From: Eledone cirrhosa | Lineage: Eukaryota | DNA: 64,000 nt | Direction: 5' to 3' | Assembly: GCA_964016885.1 (NCBI GenBank) | Contig: OZ024750.1 | Span: forward strand, 14,198,001-14,262,000 | Part shown: piece by piece, positions 51,380 to 64,000 of the stretch | Position numbering within the stretch: position 1 is the stretch's first letter | How the letters are laid out: each line of letters opens with the position of its first letter | The notes under the pieces: generated by a model | The model's database searches: none | Seen by the model: the letters and a program-made list of their open reading frames with translations, nothing else | Told to the model about the DNA's origin: nothing | Made by a program: the position numbers and the translations under genes

Positions 51380-52852
51380 CTTATATATTTTTCTGGGAGT
51401 AACTTCCAAAGTGACCAATCATAACAGTTCTGCATCTACCTCTTATCTACACCAAACTCTTCAGTCCTTTTCTCTCTACAGTAGTGATCAATCCAAACCT
51501 ATGGAAGCATGCAACAATGTACCCCATTCCCAACAAATGCAACCTTTATCATTGTACCAACTTTCACCCTTACTTCAAACATTTCAAATGTAATGAAAGC
51601 AGTCATAAAATAATATATTATTTCATTTGACCAAGACAGTTAAAATGACAAATCAATAATGAATAATTATTTTTTTTTCTTTTTAACTCTTTAACATTTA
51701 CATTACTCTATATATACTATTGTATTTTCATAGTAAAGGCTTTATCTCACATAATATCGAATCTATGAGATTTTGATATTATTTATTTTGAGAACAATAC
51801 CTTAACCTGAATATGAGAGGCCAGTTACAGCTGATTTGAACAGGCCATATCCAGCCAGTTTAAATGCTGAAGGGTTAAAGAAAGCATTACTGAAATGAAA
51901 CTAACTAAGATTGTTAAAATTTAGTACAAGTAATTCATGTTTGAAAATTTTTGTAAATTTTAGTGCATTTCAGAGAATTTCTGAGTTGCTTTGTTTACAA
52001 ACAAAACAGATATGAACCATTATCATTTTAATCTGATAAGAGACAAAATAACCTTGACGGTTTATATAAAATTTAATGAGGACAGCAACATGGTAGTAGT
52101 TAGGTATGTATGTATATGTTGGTATTGGTTTAGAAATTTAAAGCAAGTTTTGTTGTATATTTTTTTTATTTATCATAAAACAACAAAAGATTAAAATGAT
52201 AAGAATATTAAAGTACTATTCATTGTTGAATTTTATTGAACATGCCATTAGGGATAAGTGTAAAGCTTATATCAGGGGCAGAGGGATAATAGAACTGTTT
52301 TTAAGAGAAGTGGCATGATAAAAACAATCATGCACATACATGCATCATCATCATCACCATTTTACATTTATTCTTCCACTCTAGCATGGGTTAGATGGGT
52401 TGTCTTGTTGTGGGCAATGCCAGATCAGGTGACCTTGTCTTGCTCATACTAGGAACTGATTTTGGCTTGATTTCTACAGCTGGATGCCCTTCTTAACACC
52501 AACCTCATTTACAGTTAGGAGTACTGGGCGCTTTTTTACTGTGGCGCCTACACAGCACAATAAATTCATTTAGAGCACACACATAGGATATATTGGAATG
52601 TATTTTTTAACACGATATCTTACTTTCTTCTTCTTGCCTTTTCTACCTTTCTTTTTCTTTCTTTATCTCCTTTTTTCACAAGATTGTGTTGCTATAAAAA
52701 GCACAATACCTTCTCCTAAGTCATCACATAAAATTCTATGTGTACCTGTTTTGACTTAACCCTTTAGCATTCAAACCAACCGCATCCAGCCAGAATTCTC
52801 TCACCTCTTTCTGTTCAAACTAGCTGTAACTGGCCACTCGTACTTATGTTAA

Positions 52853-53209
<357 letters not shown>

Positions 53210-53235
53210 TAAACATGCCAATCTATGTTTAGAAT

Positions 53236-53264
53236 CCCGAGCAACGCCGGGCCATTCTGCTAGT
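53236..53264 (+). mobile_element. Helitron-like 3' terminus
   Basis: GC hairpin cccgagcaacgccggg, 8-nt spacer, then CTAG followed by T. Confidence 0.6.
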
Positions 53265-53354
53265 ATTATACTAAAGCAGCTGTGGTCATAGTTCAAAGTT
53301 CATACTACACTGGTTATTATCACCATCAGCATCATCATCACTGTTTAACGTCCA

Positions 53355-53855
53355 TGATGGTGGTGGTGGTGGTGGTGGTGGTGGTGGCAGTGGTGGTAGT
53401 AGTGGTGGCAGTGGTGGTGATGGTTGTAGCAGTGGTAGTGGTGGTGGTAGTGGCGGTGGCAGTGGTGGTGGCAGTGGTGGTTGTGGCGGTGGTGGGGGTG
53501 GCATTGGCAGTGGTGGTAATGGTGGTGGTGGTGGTGGTGGTGGTAGTGGCGGTGGCAGTGGTGGTAATGGTAGTGGTGGTGGTGGTGGCAGTGGTGGTAA
53601 TGGTAGTGGTGGTGGTTATGATGGTAATGATAGTGGTGGTGGTGGTTATGATGGTAATGATAGTGGAGGTGGTGGTGGTGGTGGCAGTGGTAGCGGTGGT
53701 GGTGGTTATGATGGTAATGATAGTGGTGGTGGCGGTTATGATGGTAATGATAGTGGAGGTGGTGGTGGCAGTGGTAGCGGTGGTGGTGGTTATGATGGTA
53801 ATGATAGTGCTGGTGGCGGTGGTGGTGGTGGTGGTGTTGATGATGATGATAATGA
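53355..53855. repeat. Imperfect (GGT/GAT)n trinucleotide array
   Basis: Low-complexity ggt/ggc/agt/gat triplets. Confidence 0.9.
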
Positions 53856-54953
53856 TCTGCACTGCAAATGAATACTTATTTTTCTATTTTAAATTTCAAG
53901 TAGAAAATAGTCACCGTAAATTACTGGTATTCATGAAACTAGTTGAAAGAGACAAGTTTAGTCATTGATTTTCATTTCTATCCATATTTTCATGCTACTC
54001 TAGTGGAATATACAGGGTGTCCCCAAAAAATGTATTCACACTTTGATTACCTGTACAAAAAACAGGTATACATTTTTGGGGGACACCCTATATTTAAAAA
54101 ATTTAGACTTATGCATTCTGATGGAGTATTTTTTCATACTGCTAAATATCACTAACTATTCCAGCATACAATAGGAATACTTATTGTCAGCTAGATAGAC
54201 TGAGGTAAACAAAACAACAAAATGTCTTCTTGTAGGACACACAACAATGGTTATCATAAACTTTGAACTTATGCCAATATGACCAAGCATCCTGTTTAAG
54301 CAGTGTGGCTGTGGGGTTAAAAGTTCAAGCTGGCAGTTTCACTTATGTGATAAGTAATAAGTTAACTCAAAACTTCTACTCTAAAAACATGGATGTTGTT
54401 ATGCTAAAATTCGAACTCAGGGACACATTTGGTTTTTACTGTTTACTCAGGAAGAGAGGGGCATGTTCATGACCATTCCCATGACTTCCAAGACAGATTG
54501 GAGGGAAGGAGAGAGGGAGAGAAAGAATTTTGAGGAATTTAATACTAAAATTATTAATCATTTCATTATTAAGCCAGTAACTTAACAGGGTTCTTATATA
54601 AAATTATGTTGGAAGATTTTTATTTAAATTGGAAACCTTTAAATAGGTGGTTTTATTTCATAGAACCTGAGCCAGTTTTGGCCAGGTTGATAACTAAAGG
54701 GTTAAGCAACCATCTGAGAGTTCAAGACTCTTTCCTGGACAGGACACCAGTCCATCGTAGGATTAAACTCCCAGCTATTGCTGGTACTCATTTTCAGCTG
54801 AGTATACTGGAGCAACATGAAATGAAGTGTTTAGCTCTAGAACACAACACACAATCCAGCCCAGAAATTGAACCCAAGACATTATGATCATAAGTCCAAC
54901 ACCTTAACCACTAGTCCATACAGTATTAAATATTTTATCTGTTTTCTTTCTAG

Positions 54954-55049
<96 letters not shown>

Positions 55050-56226
55050 TGAGATCTTATTTAAAGAAAGAATTTTACTTCACATTGGTTTCAAAGAAAT
55101 ATTGGCAGAAGGTAGATTTGTTATTGATTTGTTGCCAAATCAATAACAAGATTCTCAAGCAAATCTTTAAAATCCTTGTCAAACAAAATACATTATTTTT
55201 AATTGCAAGAGGGTGGTAGATTGGCAGTACTGATAGAGTGTCGAACAACATGTTTTGCAGCATAGAGTTACGGCCCTTTACGTTCTGAGTTCAAACCGTG
55301 CCAAGGTTAGCTTTGCCTTTCATCCTTACAGGGTTGATAAAATAAAGTACCAGTAACGTACTGGGTTCAATTTAATCGAAGTTTCCCCTCCCTCAAAATT
55401 GTTGACCTTGTGTCTGAATCAGAAACCATTATATTTAATTGCATGTTATATCAATGTTTTATCCCCGTGAAGGCATGTGGTGTAGTAGCTAACATGCTGC
55501 ACTCATGATAATAAAGTTGTAAGATTGATTCCTGAACTGAGCAGCACTTTCTGTCCTTGAGCAAGACACTTTATTTCATGTTGCTCCAGTTCATTCAACT
55601 GGCAAAAATGAGTTGTACTTTGTAAATTCAAGGGGCCAGCCTTGTCACATATTGTGTCATGCTGAATCTCTTACATTAAGGGAGCACGTGTTTGTGGAAT
55701 GTTCAGCAACTTCTTTCTTTTCTTCTTCATATGAATGACAAGATCCCAGACCTCACTCGCTTACTGAGTGGGGTGGAACCCGTCAGAGCGGACCAAGGAA
55801 ACAATGTTTCCATTGGTCTTTTCTTTACTGGTACTATCTACCAATCACAACTTCTGGTAGAAAGAGCAACATGAAATAAAGTATCTTGCTCAAGGACATA
55901 ACACATCACCCAGTTCAGGAATTGAACTTGCAATTCTCTAATCACTAAGCCTTCAGAATTTAACTTATAATTGTAGCCTATTTAACCTATTATTTTAAGT
56001 CCCAGAGTTTGTTTCATACACATAAATTGATTCTACGACAGCCAAAGACTTTGTTTTTTTTCTTTTATGTTTTTGATTAATGATTATTAAGTTATTGATC
56101 TTTGTAATGGTTATTGAGTTATTGATCTTTGTAATGATTATTAGATCAATGATTTGTTTGTCTTTTTTTGTTTGATCTTTTAATGGTTACTGGAATATTT
56201 TTTCATATATTATTCTCAATTCACAG

Positions 56227-56349
56227 GTTTGGGCAAGTTCATTTATTCCCAATGAACCATCTGTTAAAGATAATACTCAAAAGAAATACTTAAGTGAGCA
56301 TGGATCAGTGATGCTGGTAGATTACGTCAAACGGGAACTTGATTCTAAG
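56227..56349 (+). CDS. GALT: GALT coding exon 6
   Basis: 123 nt; VWASSFIPNEPSVKDNTQKKYLSEHGSVMLVDYVKRELDSK. Confidence 0.93.
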
Positions 56350-58727
56350 GTAAAATGGAGATTAGGTTAACTAGTAAAAATGTATCGTTTGTTTACAAAA
56401 TCCTAAGTATATATCATTGTCATCAACACAATCACCCTCATTGCTAGTAGTTACCATTTTCATCATAAATTTTTATACTACATCCCACGCAACAAAACAC
56501 TTCATGACAAAATTGTGCAATGTGGTCCAAGCCCAGACTGAAATTTAGCATTTATAATATATGATATAGTGAGATGATAAAAAGAGCCCAGTCCACCATG
56601 TAAGGTGGTTGTGTATGTGGCACGACAAAACGTGCCCTGTCCACCCTGTAAGGTGGTTGTGTATGTGGCATGACAAAAAGCACCCAGTCCATACTGTAAG
56701 GTGGTTGTGATGGTGCTAAAATTAAAAGCACTCAGTCCACACTGTAACAAGGTTGGTGTTAGGAAGGACATCCAGCTGTTGAAACCAAGCCAGAAACAGA
56801 TCTGTATGAGCATGACGTGGTCGATGGGCCTAACTTGTCTTGTAACAAGACAACCCATCTAACCCATGCAACTGTGGAACATAAATGATGATGATGATGA
56901 GGATTATCATCATCATTTGAGTTCAAATCCTTTGAGATCAACTTTCCTTTCATCCTTTTGAGATCAAAAAAATAAATTACTTGACTAGGACAATGGTTTG
57001 GCAGAATCAAGAGTGCATATTTATTTATTTATTCAATCTATTTAAATGTCCGTATAGAGCTAGTAAGCCATAACAGACTAGAGGAAGTATCTAGTACTTC
57101 TTACAGTTGAGAAACAAAAACAAGATACACAGAGATTATTTATTTATTTAATCAATCTAAACGTCCGTATAGAGCTAGTAAGCCATGCCAGACTAGAGGA
57201 AGTATCTAGTACTTCTTACAGTTGAGAAACAAAAAATAAAATAAACAGATGACTAACTTGCTGCACTCGTGATAATAAAGTTGTGAGATTGATTCCTGAA
57301 CTGAGCAGCACTTTCTATCCTTGAGCAAGACACTTTATTTCATGTTGCTCCAGTTCATTCAGCTGGCAAAAATGAGTTGTACTTTGTAAATTCAAAGTGA
57401 ATAAAAAGTGAATATAAAATCAAAATGTAATTTAAAAAATAAATAAAATGAAATATAAAAATTTAAATAGTGAAGGCCAACTGGAGGCAAAATAAGCATA
57501 AAAAAAAGATAAAGAAAAAATAGGAAGCAACTTAGTAGTACTTATAATATGGCTCACACTTTAGCTCTAATTCCTGATTCTCTACAATTCTAAAGTAGCC
57601 TTGAAGAGGAAATATAGTTTTTAGGATAAACATTTAGCAATGTGAAATTGTGGTTCATAGCAATTGTAATAGCTTTGAGGTCTTTGGTTATGTGATGTTA
57701 ATAGGGAAAGTGTGATGCAAGGCCATTTGCTTGATTGTGTATTTGTGTTGTTGAAAGAGACTAGCTTGTCATGTTTCTATTTAAAAGATGTTTTCAAGCT
57801 CTCTGATCATAGAAATAATTGTTTCTACTTTTGAGACAAGGCCAGCAATTGCACCAGTGCATTACTGGTGTTTTATTTTATCCATCCCTTAAGGATGAAA
57901 GGCAAAGTTAATCTTGGCAGGATTTGAACTCATATCGTAAAGGGCCGTAACTTTGTGCTGATCATAGAAATAATTGTTTCTACTTTTGGCACAAGGCCAG
58001 ACATTATCCCAGTGCATTACTCTAATTCACACACAAGGCCAGCAATTTGAAGGGAAGAGGAAAGTCAATTAAATCAACCCCAGTGCATTACTGGTGCTTT
58101 ATTTTATCAACCCTCAAAGCTAACCTCAGCAGGATTTGAACAGACGTGTGTGGCCTAGTGGTAAGAGTGTTGGATTTATGATCATATTTGTGTTCAATTC
58201 CTTGACTGGGTGGTGTGTTAGGAAAGGCAACCAGTTCTAGAAAATCTACCAAAGAAAGGGTCAAGAGGACTTTTAAGCTGTGTCAAAGACAATGACAGCC
58301 TCTCTAGTGCTGGTGCCATGATAAAATGGTCTCAGTAGAATGCGGAAACTTATGTAAACAAGGTTCTGCTCACTCCTCTCTCCAGCCCATCTGGGAGGTC
58401 AGTAGCTCTGCTAGAGTACTGACCTGGCTCATGGTGACCCGATCAACTCTTGCTAGCAGGGAAAATGGATGTTAAATGCTGCTGATGATGATAATGATTT
58501 TCATGCTGGCATGGGTTGTCTTTTGTATCAAAATAAAGGTTATTAATTTGTAATGCCTTCATAATTAATTGTTTATACTTTTGGCACAAGGCCAGCAATT
58601 ATCCCACTGTATTACTGGTACCTTATTTTATCGACCCCGTAAGGATGAAAGGCAAAGTTAACCTTGGCGGGATTTGAATTGTAATGCCTTCATAATTAAT
58701 GTTTTTAAATTTGTCTTTTTACTGTAG

Positions 58728-58860
58728 GTGAGGATTATACTGTCCAATAACCACTGGGTTTGGCTCGTTCCGTTTTGGGCTGTGTGGCCTTTTGAAACAA
58801 TGCTTTTACCTCGGAGACATGTGTTACGTCTACAAGATCTTTCTAAAGAGGAGAAAAATA
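58728..58860 (+). CDS. GALT: GALT coding exon 7
   Basis: 133 nt; [38 protein letters not shown]. Confidence 0.95.
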
Positions 58861-59462
58861 GTCAGTATAATATGTTTCTACATTTTCACTTTGTGTATTA
58901 ATTAATGTGTTGATCACTCTTAATTAGTTAATATTACTTTAACCTTGCTTCAACCCCAGATCTTATCAGTAACTCATAACAGGTTGTCATGTAGAAACTT
59001 CCAATTGTTCTCTATATCATTGGCATCTATCTCATTCTCCCTTTTATTGTAAAATCAAACAGAACTTTTCTGAACCTGTATTTAATAGAGAGATTCCTTT
59101 TTTTTTCTCTCACATCCTCCTATTCTAGATTGTCATGTGTCTTTTATTTCACCTGGTTCTTACTCTAATGTCACTATAGCTAGGTCTATGTTGGGTGATA
59201 TATCCTTCTCCAGGAAAAGACTTAGTATTCACAACCTTCTGTCTGTTTCATTTTCTTATGATTAAGAGGTCACCTGATTGGTAGATGACTAAGTGACTGG
59301 TTAGTTTCCTGAAGTGAGTGTTGCAGATAGTTATATCATTTGCCTTGATCCTTCTTCATTTCTTCAGCTATATCTATAGCCTCTATCTACTCTAGAATAG
59401 CCATTCTTGTGGTACCTAACTTCTCCATTGAAGTCACCAGCCAACATTTCTTCAGTTATATA

Positions 59463-59612
59463 CAGTGCCGGATTTAGGACAAATGAGGCCCTGTGCTAGT
59501 TAAGTTATGAGGTTCCTTACTTAGGCCCTGAAGGAGGTAAAAATGGGGGTGTTCCTGGCCAATGGGGCCCTGTGCTTAAGCACACCTAAGCACAATGGTA
59601 AATCCAGCACTA
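59463..59612. mobile_element. hAT-like MITE inside a short local tandem repeat
   Basis: cagtgccggattta ... taaatccagcacta termini; imperfect 8-bp flanks gttatata / gctatatc. Confidence 0.55.
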
Positions 59613-62166
59613 GCTATATCCTAGCCTCTATCTACTCTAGAATGGCCATCCTTGTGGTACCTAATATATCTATTGAAGTCACCAGCCAAGATATCTTCAA
59701 CTATATCTATAGCCTCCTTCTGGTAGCTCTAATATGTCCATTGACGTCACCAGCCAAGATCGTGAAGTCGCTGTCATTTGTTATTGAGAGGGTCGATAAG
59801 AGGTCCTCATAGAGACAGCCCTTTTGGTCTTTACTTAGCTCTGATTGTGGTGCATAAGTGGAGATAACTGTTGTTACCATATTGCCTAAGATTGTTTTGA
59901 ACTTGACATCTAGTCAATAGAAATCAATATTGACCTAATTTGATCAGCCAATAAAATAGGTTATTAGATCTTTATAAACACGTTTCAGCAATCCCCATGT
60001 CTACAGGTAAAAATCATTAGATTTGATTTGTGCGTAAATAATTGACAAATAAATATTTCTGGCTCTAAATGAAGTGCATTAAATACTGGGTTGGTTGTTT
60101 TATCTACAATATGACATGGCTATATTGTTAAACTAGTAATATATCATCATCATCATCGTCATCATTGACGTCATCATCATCATCATCATCATCATTGTTG
60201 TCATCACTAATTCATTCAATGACTGCTATAGTTGTTTGTGTTGAGATGAGTTGCTTTAGTTGCACCAGATGTAGCTATCACAGCAACTGTGTAGAATGAG
60301 GACAATACTATGTGAATTAGAACATGAGAAATGGGGGTCAATTTATTATGCAAAAATTTTAGTGAGATACAGGCGTTGAATGCAAAGTATATATGAAGGT
60401 TAGAAAGAAATGTGATAAACATGTTGTTTTGGCTATGTAATATTAGTAGACATAAACAATAGAGTGCAGCTGAGTTGAGAGAACAGCTAGGTATGAGAGG
60501 AAACAGATATGATGTGCTAGAGAGACGATTGAGTGGTATAGACAAGTATTGCATATGTATGATATTTGTTGGCTGAAGAAATGACAAGAGTTCCAAGTGG
60601 GGGGAAGATGTGGGTGTAGGTCAAAGAAGACATAAACAGAAGTGGTGAAAACTGATCCAGAGAAATAGAATTTCACAAAGGAAATGATAAAAGAAAAAGA
60701 CACTAAAAGGAACTTGAGAGGTCCTTCCTAACCAATACAAGCATAGAAAAATATATGTAAAAAGGATGGTAGTGGTAATAGTGTTGGTATTGGTTGCAAT
60801 AGTAATGATGACAATCTTGTGACAACAACCTTTATTATAAGAATATGATACAGTATACTTTTTTGTGGCACAAGCACTACCATTTTACAGAGTGGCTTGG
60901 GTGTATTTTATTGTGGCACCAGCATTACCACTTTTCAGTGTAGGCTGAGTGTATTTTATTGTGGTATCAGCATGACAACTTTAAACTTTAAAGTGTGGCA
61001 CCAGCACTACCACTTTTCTGTGTGGGATAGATGTATTTTATTGTGGGACCAGTAGTACAACTTTACACTGTGCGTTGAGTGTATTTTATTGTAGCACCAA
61101 CTCTACCACATCCTTACCAACTCTACCAAGATCCTTGTGTCTTCGGTCAGACTGAGAAGATTGCAATGGGGAATTGATAAGATAAGAGTGGTGTGTAGGT
61201 TTTCTGTTGATACAACCATATTTTTTGTTATCCAATCATATTTGCTTTGTTTCTATACACTTTTGATATGACAGCAGTTGTAGTGATGCAAAAGTATCAC
61301 AATCCATGCAAGCAATATAATAGTATCAGACATAGTAATGAAGAAAGAAATCTGATCTGATTAAAGTATTTTATTAAACAATACACAGCAACCATAGCCA
61401 AGTAACTTAACTCTCAAATGGCACATTCTGTCATTCTATTTTATCTGTAGCTTACTATTGGAGTGTTAGAGACACTCTAAAGACCAGATCCAATCCAATC
61501 TCTATTATCTACATTGTCTAAACATTAGTTTAAATATTAGCTGACCAAAGTTTTTCAGCTTAAACTGTTAGCATTTAAATTACTCTCTATTTATTATTGT
61601 ATTTTTGTGATAAATGCTTAATATTACATAATTATCTCACAAAATATTAAATCTACGGGATTTTGATGTTATTTTGAGAACAATACCTTAATGTCAGTAT
61701 GAGCAGCCAGTTAAGGATTGTTTGAACAGAAAGAGGCGAGAGAATTCTGGCTGGATATGGCCAGTTTAAATGCTAAAGGGTTAATGTATTACATCTGTGA
61801 CAACTGACCTAAATGTCAATGGAAATCAATATTGACCTAATTTGATCAGCTAATAAAATAGGTGATTAGATCTTTATAAACACATTTCAGCAATCCCCAT
61901 GTCTACAGGTAAAAATCATTAGATTTGATTTGTGCGTAAATAATTAACAAATAAATATTTCTGGCTCTAAATGAAGTGCATTAAATACTGGGTTAGTTGT
62001 TTTATCTACAATATGACATGGCTATATTGTTAAACTAGTAATATATCATCATCATTGTGGTCATCATTATCATCATCATCACTGATGTATATATACATAT
62101 ATATATATACATGTATATATATGTATACACACACACACATCATCATCATCATCGTTTAACGTCCAT

Positions 62167-62246
62167 CTTCCTGCTATATCAAACGTTAACCTAATATATC
62201 CCTTCCATATACTGTACCGATTGTGTTGTTATTTCTGTTTACCTTT

Positions 62247-62250
<4 letters not shown>
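62167..62250 (+). mobile_element. 3' fragment of the family-B retrozyme/pLTR
   Basis: cttcctgctatatcaaacgttaacctaatatat..gttatttctgtttacctttt matches 21824-21903; followed by (TA)n. Confidence 0.75.
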
Positions 62251-62334
<84 letters not shown>

Positions 62335-62397
62335 TGTATATATATACATATATGTATATATATATACATATATGTATATATATATATGTATATATAA

Positions 62398-62449
<52 letters not shown>

Positions 62450-62618
62450 TATATTATATTTAGAGATTAAACTCTTAGTCGTTTACAATTAATCAGCTCA
62501 AAGAAAGAGGCATTTCTGAGCAGTGAAATACAAGTTATATATTAATATATATGATAAACACAAAACGTGTTACAATACAAACACGTTTTGTGTTTATCAT
62601 ATATATTAATATATAACT

Positions 62619-62681
<63 letters not shown>

Positions 62682-63076
62682 TTATATATACGCGGTTAAA
62701 CCTCTGGGAGTGAAGGACCCTAGCCTTTGTCCAGGCGTTCTTCTAGGAGAAGGCAACTCACAAAACTAAGATAACTCCGACATAAAACTTGCAGCTCAGT
62801 AGTTACCGATGATGTTGATCTTTTCTTCTTTTAGGGTTATAGTTACTGTCGTTCAGAGAGTGGGATTGGCTCAGTGCACAGTCTTTCCTCACTTTAAAAA
62901 AATCTTCATGCACAGGTATTGCACGATAGCATTAATTGATAATTACCAATAATGTTATCGTGCAATGGTCATACTCGATAACGAGGGGGTAGCCATCATA
63001 TATATATACACACACACATATATATATGGGTTTTCCTTGATCTTCATCTTTTCAATCATAATTCCTCTTCTTCTAA

Positions 63077-63214
<138 letters not shown>

Positions 63215-64000
63215 TAAATTGTTACATCTACCAGCATATTTTGTTTATTAAGATTATCCTGAAATTTCCCCATTGCATACAATCGACATTTAATCATAAA
63301 TTTTCCATCCGTATTTGTTGAAATGGAATTAATATTTCATACTTTATATGAAAATTAGTCAATGTGTTTTATTGAGAATATCCAAATTTGACTCTATTTC
63401 TTGATATTCATCATCATTATTATTGTTGAATTGGCAGTATCGGTAGAGGGTCGGACATGCTTTCCAGCATAGTTACGTCGCCTTACGATCTGAGTTCAAA
63501 TCCTGCCGAGGTTAACTTTGCCTTTCATCCTTACGGGGTCGATAAAATAAAGTACCAGTAACGTACTGGGTAATTGCTGGCCTTGTGCCAAATGTAGAAA
63601 CAATTATTATTGTTTAATGTCCACTTTCTCAGCTAGTAATGGTTGCAGTTATTATATAGGTCAACTTTACTTTTTATCCTTCTGTGGTCGATACAATAAA
63701 GTACCAGTCAAGTCCTGGGGTCAATATAATTGACTTTTCCCTCCCCACAAAATTACTGATGTTGTGCCAAAATTAAAAACCATTATTAGTTATGTACATT
63801 CTAGCACAGTGTTTTGGGCTGGTTAAGTTATTCTTGGTTGTGACATCAATGTACTGGATATATAGATTTATGTATATTACGAGCCCTTCACAGTTAATTA
63901 TGTATATTACGAAGCCTTCATAGTTTGTCCTGCTTTATTTGAAAAACCATGATGGAGGTTACATCATAGTTGCTTGTGTGAAGTTATCTCCCTTGAAGTG

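Noticed and set aside
53282-53968. Poly-Val, poly-Thr and poly-Pro ORFs (mucin-like)
   Set aside because: Translations of a (GGT)n low-complexity tract inside a GALT intron.
62223-62492. IY-repeat ORFs (also at 1045-1308 and 22261-22560)
   Set aside because: Translations of (TA)n microsatellites.

Overview
AT-rich, repeat-dense eukaryotic (animal) genomic DNA. The SINE/RTE repertoire looks like octopus or another coleoid cephalopod; this is an inference. Two spliced protein-coding genes lie head-to-head, with start codons about 8.2 kb apart. (1) A two-exon Bcl-2-family, Mcl-1-like gene on the minus strand: CDS 17955-17410 plus 13667-13560, 217 aa, with BH1 NWGR, BH2 GGW and a C-terminal hydrophobic anchor. 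(2) Galactose-1-phosphate uridylyltransferase (GALT) on the plus strand: eight coding exons traced from ATG 26198 to 63197, including the catalytic HPH motif; the last exons lie beyond the window. The rest is transposon debris: Tx1/L1 and RTE LINE fragments, tRNA-derived SINEs, piggyBac-, mariner-, hAT- and Merlin-like MITEs, a Helitron 3' end, and 37-bp and 48-bp minisatellites. The most notable signal is at least seven minimal type-I hammerhead ribozyme motifs from three unrelated repeat families (Penelope-like pseudo-LTR/retrozyme type). They include a tandem ~255-bp retrozyme-like dimer (21420-21915) and a back-to-back inverted pair with intact cores inside GALT intron 1 (34341-34489). The very long ORFs in the ORF track are satellite artefacts.
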